A DNA stretch of 64,000 nucleotides from positions 22,156,815 through 22,220,814 of the forward strand of contig CM119269.1 of NCBI GenBank assembly GCA_051294375.1. Direction: 5' to 3'. How positions within the stretch are numbered: position 1 is the stretch's first letter; the number at the start of each line of letters is the position of its first letter. The notes under the pieces were generated by a model. That model was not told the DNA's origin, ran no database searches, and worked only from the letters and a program-made list of their open reading frames with translations. The DNA comes from Paraspadella gotoi. Its lineage: Eukaryota > Animalia > Chaetognatha. Below, piece after piece: positions 53,801 through 64,000 of the stretch. A program made the translations under genes and the position numbers.

Positions 53801-56800
53801 AGAGAGGAGAGGAGAGGTTGCGTGAGTGATTATCGTGGATTTGGGGAATGGAGTCACAAAAGAGCAGAGGAAGGAGGGAGAGCTAGAGAATGTAAGAGAG
53901 TGAGAGGGAGAGGGCAAAGGTGAAAGAGGGAGAGAAAGAGAATCAGAGAATGGAGGGCGAGAAAGCGCGAGTGGGAGAGAGAGGGAGAGAGAAAAATAGG
54001 GAGAAAGGACGATCGTGTATAACACGAGAGGGCAAAGAGGGCAGAAGAGTCCGACACGGGCCGACGCGAGCCGAGACGGGCGCCCGACAGAATTTCATGA
54101 TTTCGATCCAAAATTTTAATCAGCAAAACTTTTCGTTTTTTGTTTTAATTTTGGGAAGAAATATTTTATTACTTTTTCTGAAAGAAAATAATAAAAATGA
54201 TATGAAATAGAAGAAATTATCAAAGATGAATTTACGATTTTTAAAAAAATTCTGATTTTTTTTTTAGAAATCTTTTGGTTCTTTTGTGTTTTTTAAATTC
54301 AAGAAAAAACCAAGAAAATAAGAAGGAAGTATTGGTGAGTGTAATAGTGGATCGTTATCGGCGTTCGACCGACTGACTGCTTTACTTAAGAGCGATCTCA
54401 TTATCTTTCCTGAAAAGATTTTTTTACCGATTGATTGATTGATTGATCAATTATAAAATTGGTACAATCAATGTTAGATTTATTCATTCAATAGACAATA
54501 GACATAATAAGTAAATAAGAACGGTAATTCAAATGTGTTGCGCCGAAGTGACTGCCTTATCACGTGTATTTCTTGTGACAAGACGTGACATGACATGGCT
54601 TTGATATAATATGTAAACACTATACACTATTTAAGTCAGTTTTAGGGTTAAAGATTAAAGAATCAGTCTGAAGGATTAAGGGTCGGGGTAAAAGATCACG
54701 GATTAAGTTTTAGGATTCTGGTTAAATACTAAGTAAAGGTTTGGGATTAGGGTTCGGGAATAAGATTAAGTTTTTGGTTTGGTAATAAATTAAGTTTATA
54801 TATTAAGGTTAAGGTTAGGGTAATAACAAACAGAAAAAGGACATTTTTCGATAAAAGAGCCTCAAAGGTTATTGAGTCCCGAAAATTTTATTTTTCTTCA
54901 AACAAAATGGAAAAGAAAAAAAAAGTTGAATTTGATTTTGAGACACGAAATGATACGAGACTCAAGGAAAAGAAAAGAAAGGGAAGGGGAAAAAGATGGA
55001 AAGTCGTAATGACTGTCATCATTGCTGTCATCATTTCTGTCATCAAGACGGATTACTTCTTGCTTGCCTCATTTCTTGAGACAAGAGGATGGAATGGCAA
55101 TGAAACTTTTTTTTACAGTCGCGGGCTCGAGGGTTGTCCAATTGTCCATTGTCCAATTGTTATTATCTTGCTTTCCAATTTTCATTGTCTATTTTTGAAT
55201 TCCAGCTGTCCAATAGTTATCTTTTTGCTATCCAATGGTTAGTGTCCAACTTTCCAATGGTTATCGTTACGCTGTGCTATGTCCAATTGTCTTGCTGTCC
55301 AATGCTTATTGTCCCGTTGTCCTTTGTTAATTGTTTCACTGTTTAATGTCCAATTGTCCAATGTCCATTGTCTTGTTGTTCAAAGGTCCAATGTTCATAA
55401 TACTTTTTAGTCTTTTTTCTTTTCTCTGTAGGGTTATTCATAAATAATTATCACATGTATCTTTAAAATATAAAATTTTTTTCTTCTTATTTAAGTGAAA
55501 CTTTTTCTAGTATTAGTCTTTGACATTACTATTAATTTGTAATGATGTTTTTGCTAATATGTCATTAAATTGCAATACGTTAATTCTGCTCTAAACTTAT
55601 GCTACGCATCGCATCAACGAACGCGACAAAAATAATGAAAGAAAAAAGGATGAGAAAAAGATGAAGAGAGAGAGAGACGGAGGGAGATAGAGAGGGAGGT
55701 CTATAAAAAGTTTTTTTTGTGTTTTTTGTTTTTTTTTATGGAGAAATAATTCGGAAAGAGAAAAATCAGAAGTCGTCATTTTGACAAAAGGAAGATCCTT
55801 AGACTTTCTCCTAATGAAATTGAGAGAGANNNNNNNNNNGAGAGAGAGCTTTATTTGATTATGTATGTATATGAATATGTTACTATGCATCACCAATATG
55901 CATCATAATTTAATATGAATAAAAATACCTTAAAATTATTAGTTTTAGACCAATATAAAGTTTTAATACTTTTTTTTCAAAGCGCACTAAGATGTTTTAT
56001 CATATTATGCCGTGTTTTTTACGAGCGATAGAAAGTCAGAAACTTAGCTTCATTCCTGACATATCGTTAATTTCACTTCAGACGTAATAAAAAAAATGCT
56101 TTTTCAGTTTTTGAATGAGAAATGATTACAAAAAATCTTTGTTTTGATTAAAAATTATGTTTGAAATAAATTAGAAGCAACAGCGGAAAAGGGGAAACAG
56201 GGGATGATGAAAAGTAGACATTCTTTTTTAGTAATAAATATAATTTTTATTATTACCTGGGTTTATTTTACGATAAAATTAAACGCAAAAAGTTTAAAAC
56301 GACAAGGAAAACTTTAAAAGGGCAAAAAAGCTTTTGAGCGACCGAATGTTGCAATTTTGAATTATAGTAAGTAATGCGAAATATTTCAGTTTCAACAACG
56401 GGCACTTTTTTCCATCGATGCCCCCTTGCTGAAGCAGCGGACTAAACCACACGGACAAAACTCGTCTCTTTTGCTGCTTCCATCGTCGCTTTATGCATCA
56501 CTCCTTTCGTCGTCGCTCTCACCGTCGCAACTGCTTCCTTCATCGTTCAAATTATCGTCGTCGTTTCTGTCGATCCCGATCCTGACCGATGAGTCACCCA
56601 GCAATCCAGAATTTTTGTTGTTGTAAAAGTAGCATAGGGAAAGACAATCCTAATACCTAACCTTAATCCTTAACCCTAATTCCTAACCCCAATCCCTTAC
56701 CCTAACCCCTATCCCCTAAACTAACCTTATCCCTAACCGAAACCCGAAACAATTAATCCATCGTTCAAATTATCGTCGTTTTTGTCGATCCCGATCCTGA

Positions 56801-57107
56801 GTCATCCACCCAGAGAGAAAGAGAGAGCGAGAGAGATTCGCTGCTCCGTCAGACGGCAAGGGGGCATCGAAGAGCATTTCGCCCATTAGACTACATTGGC
56901 CTACAATAATCTCTTACTATAAATTGGACGAAAAAGCGACTGACCGACTGTCCAGTGACCACTCTTGTCCAAATTGACAAAAGTTTTGACAGTTTTGGGC
57001 GGTCGTCAGTGGATCTGTCCGTCTGTCTCTGCGTCCGTCAAGTTGTCAGAAAATCGTGAAGTTTCGTTTTTTTTCCCCACTTTTTTCCTTTTTTTTTCTT
57101 CTATCAT

Positions 57108-57171
<64 letters not shown>
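57108..57171. repeat. (ATC)n microsatellite
   Basis: About 20 ATC units; noisy counterpart at 41350-41412. Confidence 0.95.
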
Positions 57172-57651
57172 TATTTATAGAACTCGTCCTTTTTTTGCTT
57201 TCGTGTGTAATCGTTTCTCCTCTTCCTCCTCCTCTTCCTCCTCCTTTNNNNNNNNNNNNNNNNNNNNNNNNNNNNNNNNNNNNNNNNNNNNNNNNNNNNN
57301 NNNNNNNNNNNNNNNNNNNNNNNNNNNNNNNNNNNNNNNNNNNNNNNNNNNNNNNNNNNNNNNNNNNNNNNNNNNNNNNNNNNNNNNNNNNNNNNNNNNN
57401 NNNNNNNNNNNNNNNNNNNNNNNNNNNNNNNNNNNNNNNNNNNNNNNNNNNNNNNNNNNNNNNNNNNNNNNNNNNNNNNNNNNNNNNNNNNNNNNNNNNN
57501 NNNNNNNNNNNNNNNNNNNNNNNNNNNNNNNNNNNNNNNNNNNNNNNNNNNNNNNNNNNNNNNNNNNNNNNNNNNNNNNNNNNNNNNNNNNNNNNNNNNN
57601 NNNNNNNNNNNNNNNNNNNNNNNNNNNNNNNNNNNNNNNNNNNNNNNNNNN

Positions 57652-57704
<53 letters not shown>

Positions 57705-59109
57705 TGTACGAGAAAAGGTGAGCCAAGAATGAGGAGTTCCGGCGGAAAGAAATTTAAAAAAATATAATATGTTTCCTCTTTCAGCAGCTAAATAGCTTGT
57801 TTTATTTTTTCATCTATTTTTTTGTGTTTCTGAAGTCAAGGGATTATTTCACTTTTCATTTTTCCATATTTTTAACTATTATTTTTTTTTCATTCAATTC
57901 TTTCCATTAGATATTTTCATTTTCATAATTAAGTCTTTATTTCCGTTTTGACAATTTCCAGTAATTATTCCGGCGTCTTTGTTTGGAGGTATTTTTATCG
58001 TCTTTATTTACATTTCAATATTTTCAGTCGTTATTTTCAAGTCTTTATTTCTACTGTTGCCATATTTTTTTTCCAGGTCTTTAAATTTTCACAATCACAA
58101 TTGCAGTTCTGTATTTCCAAATCTTAATTTCCATCCAATTTATTCCCCGGATTCTCTGCTCGTATTTCCATATTTCACTTTCTTTTTTCGTTCCCATATT
58201 TATTGTGCCCTTGAGAGTTTGGCAAAAAGAGACAAAAATAACTNNNNNNNNNNNNNNNNNNNNNNNNNGAGGGATTGGAAGGCCTTTTCTAAGTTAGTTC
58301 GCCAGATAGCTTATTCATGTGATTGAAAGGTTAATTAAAATAATGATTAGACTACTCTAAAATCATTCATATAGCAGAGAGTGAAAATTTCAGCGACTCA
58401 TTTAATGGTTTTTTTGGTTTTTAAAAGATATTAAACACTGTCTAACCCTAAAACTTGACCGGAAAGGAACTCGCAAAGCTTCCAAGTAATAGAGTCAATC
58501 CTATTTTTAACCTGAAAATCAAAGCTTGAGCATTTAGAATTTATAATAATTTATTTTAAAATGTTATTAGATATTAGTTTTTAGATAAAGTTATCAAAAT
58601 AACTTTTTAGCTGGGTGCAAGTACTTGGGGGAGCAATTTCAATCATTTTTCTTCTACAGTTGGTGGGTAGGTTGGTCGGTCTGTCAGTCTATCTGACTTA
58701 AATTTTGAAATGGTTATAACTCGGTTTTATGCTACATAATTTTAAATAATATTTGGTAAGAATGTTTGATTTAATATATGATTGAAAGCATGTTAGATGT
58801 TCATATTGTTCCAAGCAGGGTGATTATATAAAATTCAATCATATGACCAACTTTTATAATATAACTATAAAATATTCATTATTTTAAAAAGCGGTGAGGT
58901 ACCATTAAATGCATCTAGGTTTAATATAGTCAAGAACTTTGATGTTAAATCTCTTCTTTTTATTTTTTATTTAATGGAAAGAGTTTAATTAGCAGTAACA
59001 ATGATTTATCGAACAATAAAGGTCGAATTATTTTCGATTCTTGCTTTTTCGAGTCTGTCATCAGCAGTTTGACTTGACAAGATTTTGGTTCACAAACATT
59101 GAATTGGGT

Positions 59110-59157
<48 letters not shown>

Positions 59158-59665
59158 AGAGAGAAGAGAGAGAAAATTTTCCAACAAAAAATTTAGAAAA
59201 GGATAGGACAGTGAGGACAGGTAAAAGCGAAGGACAGGGTTGGAGAGAGAGTGAATAAATATGAAACTGGTGAAAGAAAAAGAGAGAGGGGAAAAATTAT
59301 TAACATTTGGGCAATTGTGGAAGCTCTTTCTTACTTTATTTTTTACATATCTATCCATCTCTAAACCATTTATGTCTTTTATTAATTTTTACTTGACATC
59401 TCCATTAGCGAACTTATTCCACCTTATTGTTATTATTAATTATTTCTTTTAGTTTAAAATTAAGTTTGTTAATTTAAATCTATCTTTTTTTGTATCATTG
59501 CAAATAATGAGTTTTTCCCCTCTCACTTTCTGCTCTCGTCTTTCTCTTTTAAACCAGTTTCAATTTTAAATGTTTATTTCATTCACTCTCTTTCCTTCCT
59601 AGTTCTCAGACTTTGACCTGTCTGCACTTCTGACACTATCTTTTCGCTGCATTGCTTTGTGAAAC

Positions 59666-59720
59666 CACTGATGAAGTGACTCATAAAAGCCGAGTCGAAA
59701 CATTGTAATTGTTAATAAAA
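59666..59720 (+). ncRNA. Hammerhead-like motif of Penelope-tail type
   Basis: CTGATGA-agt-GACTC-ataaaagcc-GAGTC-GAAA-CATTGTA followed by aataaa; stem I is poor. Confidence 0.4.
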
Positions 59721-61529
59721 TCGTTGTTAATGCCAATTCAAACTTTTAATTTTCTTTTATATCAAGACCTTTAATAAATAAGAAAACCACCAATGTAGAT
59801 GGTTGAGTGTATGTTTCTATGTCGCTTTGAAATTCTTCCACATAATACGAAACATGACTAAACCTGCCAGTTTAAAATTTTTTTTTTATTTACTCAAAAT
59901 GTATACAGTTTTGGTCAAAATTAAGATTCAATCAAACTAGTTCATACAGTTTAAACCTAATTTTTTTTTCTTTTTTTTTGTGTTGACATAAGAAAGAATG
60001 GTTTTGATTGATTTGTTCCTTGAATTCTAATCGATCATTCTGTTTAAACTATAGCTTAGTAAACAGTAAAGGTAGTAGTAAGTTTTTTATTATAAGTTTA
60101 ACACTAACTGCAGGTAAAATAAAAATTGATGGCATCCAGTTAACAGACCATGCAGCGAAGCCTTCTACCGGATTTTAATGTACTTTCTTAGCGAACAAGC
60201 ACCACTCTCCATTCAGGTATTTTCACTAAATTCTCGGAGAGGAGAGAGAGAGGAGTCATAACAGAAGGAAGAAAAGTTTTGTTTACCCTAACTATTATCC
60301 AGCATATAATATTTACATATACTTCTATTATCTGGCCATTTATAAATCTATACATGAATGCATAATAAATTAAATATAAATTTTTCGCCCTTAGTTTTAA
60401 ATTATGTTTGATACAGTATCACAAAAGCAAAAATTACTTCATTACTTGATCAATAATGATAGTGCAATCTCGGCCATCTAATAAAAGGCAAGATAAGTAG
60501 ATTTAAAATTTTAACTTGAATTTTTTTATGAAATACTGTTTTAGATTTGAATCTTTTTAAAAACAGTAAAAGTTTACAATTTCTTCGAAAAAAATATGTT
60601 ATCTCATAGAACAAAAGTAGTAATTTGGGTCCATTTTCCAATCACTTTAGTAGCCACTTTTGAATATTACTAAAAAGCCAAGGACCAGCAGATTTAAAAA
60701 TATCTGTTGGCTTTAGAGAGAGATAAAATCTAAATATCTTTCATACTTATTCTTCACAAAATTTAGGAATAACTTTTAGTAAGTATTTTATCAAGAAATT
60801 AATGATCATCTTTATATTTTTATTTATAATATTATATTATTAGATAAAATTTATTAAAAAATAAAAGGTTTAATAAAAAATGATAGTTTACATCAAAAAA
60901 TTATATTTCAAATCTATTGATTAAATCATTATTTTATTAAGAAATCCTTAAAATTAAATTCAAACGTAAGCATTACCCATCAAAGAAAAAACCGCAAAGA
61001 GTACTCGATCATTATTGGAAAACTCTGGAGAGTGTCCTTTCGGTCAAGTTTTTTCAGGTTTATCAGTCAGGCAAACGTCTTCTTCAGACAAAAAGAACCT
61101 AATAAAATGAGTCGTGACCTTCAATCAGGGGGTGGTATAGATTAAAAATTTGGGTAACTCTAATAAGTGATGGTTGGAACGAAAAATGTAAAATAAGAAT
61201 AAAAAAAGAAAATAAAAATTTTTAACGGAAAAATGTATTTGAAGATAAACAAAGGAAATGAAGAGAAATGGGAGAAGCTTGAAAGTTTGAAAAATGCAAG
61301 AAAATGGGGAAAAAATCTTGAGTATCACTTCGCACTCTGCTGAAGGTCATTTGTCAAGGAGAATTTTAATTCAAAATATTAAAAGGATGGTAGAGTATAT
61401 AACAATAAATAATTTTAAATCAAATAAAAGAAGAGGAATTATTGAAAGTCGATAAAATGTTTAATTTTCTCGTTGACTGTGTCAAAGTCGATGACAATGA
61501 TAAGAAAAACAAAGAGAGAGTCTGTTAAC

Positions 61530-61535
61530 GAGAGA

Positions 61536-61610
<75 letters not shown>

Positions 61611-61633
61611 AGAGAGAGGGAGAGAGAGCATTC

Positions 61634-61727
<94 letters not shown>
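61530..61727. repeat. (AG)n microsatellites; similar tracts at 34830-34928, 59110-59172, 62600-62660 and 63050-63163
   Basis: Direct observation. Confidence 0.95.
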
Positions 61728-62625
61728 TCGTCGCCAATACAAGACCGTTTCAAAATCGGTAAAAAAAAAATATTTTTTCTCTTCTCGCGATTTCGGATTT
61801 TGACTAAAAGAAAAAAATTCGTTCAGGTGTAAAATATTGATTTTTTTTTTTTCATTTTGGGTGCAAATGGAAAAGACTAATTGTTGAATTTTCGGAACGG
61901 AAAAGTATCTTTTAAATTTTTAAATCAAATAAAAAATATATATGAAAACTTCTTTATTTTGAAAAAATTAGGACAAAAAATTCAAAAAACCTAAGTATTT
62001 CTACTTCAATGAACATTTAACAACTAAACAAACTCGAAAAGACTTTTTCACTTTTGACATTTATTAAAAAAAATTCAACTGACATTAAAACTAGATTAGA
62101 AATTTTCTTCGGCCCAAAAAAAAAAAATCAGTTTCCATGAGAGAAGTTTTAAATCCACTCGACTCGGGGAAAAGAACTTCCCTCATAATAAGATTCTAAT
62201 AAGATAACAAGACTGAGAGAGACTTGATTAAAAGCTTGCAGGGCCCTGCAATGTTATTATCTTGTAAGATAACCCACCATTGCCTGTTCATACTCAGGGA
62301 CAAGATAGCTGATTTATTAAATGAATTAAATAAATACATTGCTAGTACCAATTTCATAGCAGGCTTTTAATCCAGACTCTCTCGCTATCTCGTTTATTCA
62401 ATGAAATGATTTAGTATGTTTAAAATGACATATTTTATCATTTCCTATTTTTCCTTTTTATTTGTTGTTCACCTTAATTTTCTCACACAAGTTTTTTCTC
62501 TCCACATCACAAGTCGTCACTTCACAAGTTTTCCATCTTTTAATCTCGCCCACGACGAAGGCTTTAATAAATATCGTCTAAGCTTTACCTGTCGTCTTGA
62601 GAGAGAGAGAGAGAGAGAGGAGAGA

Positions 62626-62663
<38 letters not shown>

Positions 62664-63085
62664 CTCCATAACGTTAACATAAATTCTCATTACGTTTGCT
62701 CAAGGACAGTTTTATGAGTTCACAACTCATTGATTTACTTTGTCTCAAATTTATGAATTCATAAATTTTATTAAACTTGTTTTATAGTACTCTGATACTT
62801 GTCACTTGTCAGCAAGTTATATGTCAGCCATTTTGTCATTTGTCTGTCTGTTTCCTCTTCTTTCCTATACCCGTCTTTTGCCGCGAGAATGAGTTTCTCA
62901 ACCTTGACCCAATTTCACATCCTTTACTTTTTTTATTACCATTTTTATTACTCTTTTTATTACTCTTTTTCTGCTTTCCCTTACAACTTCCTTTGCTTAT
63001 TCTCCTGTTGCGACGATTTTATTTCCGTCGAATGTTTTGTCTCTCAATTACTCTCTTTCTCTCTCTCTCTCTCTTTTTTTTCTAT

Positions 63086-63163
<78 letters not shown>

Positions 63164-63393
63164 GTCCTTGTTTGGGTTTTTCCAATTTAATTTATTGCTT
63201 TATTTTTAGTTTAGTTGCCTCATTGTTGTTGTTGTTGTTGATTGTAATCTTTGGTTTCCTCTTTTTTCCTCCTTTAGATTATTTTGTTTTTCCTGCTTCT
63301 CTTTCCCAAAAGCTAATTTTAAAATTAATATTTAATTGTTATCAGTTATCAAACTGATAGTAATAATAATAATCATAATTCCCAACTCTCTTC

Positions 63394-63565
63394 CCTAAAC
63401 CCTAAACCCTCGTCTCTTACCTTAATCCCTATCCCTATAACCTAATCCCTATCCCTATAACCTAATCCCTATCCCTATCCCTATAACCTAATCCCTATCC
63501 TTATCCCTATAACCTAATCCCTATCCCAATCCATATCCCTAACCTCTAACCTAACTTTTAAACCT
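63394..63565. repeat. Degenerate telomere-like (ccctaa/ccctat) array with a ~20 bp higher-order unit
   Basis: cctaatccctatccctataa repeated; related tracts at about 13.2-13.45, 16.2, 33.35-33.46, 38.7-38.9, 40.8-40.9 and 56.65-56.75 kb. Confidence 0.75.
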
Positions 63566-63820
63566 GAAAACGAATTTAATTTCGAATTTATGATGAAATG
63601 GGACGCGTTGGGAAAATGAGCCCGTTTTCCGTTTTTTTTTCTATTTATTTTCTTCTCTCTTTTTTCTTCTCATTATTTTTTCCAATTAGTTTTTTTTCGT
63701 CTTTAGTTGTTCTTTCTTCATTTTGGTCAAATTTCTTTTATAGTCTTCTCAACTTCTCTATTCTCATTGTACACTTTTCTCCTCTCAACCTTTCTATTCT
63801 GTTCTCTCTCTACCTTTCTA

Positions 63821-63857
<37 letters not shown>

Positions 63858-64000
63858 TTTATCTTCTCTATTTTTCTCTCCTTCATTCTCCTTATTTTTC
63901 TCTCTATCGTCCTTTCTTTTCCCTATAATTCTATTCTCCTCTTCCACCTCTCTATTTTCTTCTCTTTTTCTCTCTTTCGCCTATCTTCTCAACTCAGATT

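Noticed and set aside
58604-58925. Decayed DINE-like element (tttttag start, gtcggtctgtcagtct tract)
   Set aside because: Suggestive only; no matching subterminal inverted repeats could be confirmed.
63394-63565. True telomere or chromosome-fusion scar
   Set aside because: Short, degenerate and one of many similar dispersed tracts; more likely internal repeats of mobile elements.

Overview
AT-rich animal genomic DNA, probably protostome, from a draft assembly with N gaps and patches of noisy long-read sequence. The first 10 kb holds two divergently transcribed intron-containing genes: tyrosine hydroxylase (minus strand, 8 exons visible, 3' end outside the window) and a compact Drosophila-type timeless (plus strand, 9 coding exons, about 817 aa). 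The ~3 kb spacer between them carries clusters of E-box-like, D-box and CCAAT motifs. The rest is mostly two large tandem duplications (about 10.6-19.7 kb repeated at 19.7-28.75 kb, and 28.9-41.65 kb repeated at 41.7-57.75 kb) that look like uncollapsed haplotypes or gap-filling artefacts. They contain a low-complexity unknown gene, a 4-exon 93-aa membrane microprotein gene, a SERP1/RAMP4-like gene, an ankyrin-SOCS box gene, non-autonomous Helentron-type (DINE/HINE) elements (one with a visible empty site), Penelope-like fragments with inverted tails and hammerhead motifs, a tRNA-derived SINE, a MITE and many satellites. The most unusual signals are tandem arrays of duplicated splice donors at two TH exon ends, a satellite apparently born from a stop-codon region, and the TH-timeless head-to-head arrangement around clock-type motifs. 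All calls come from manual reading; no searches were run.
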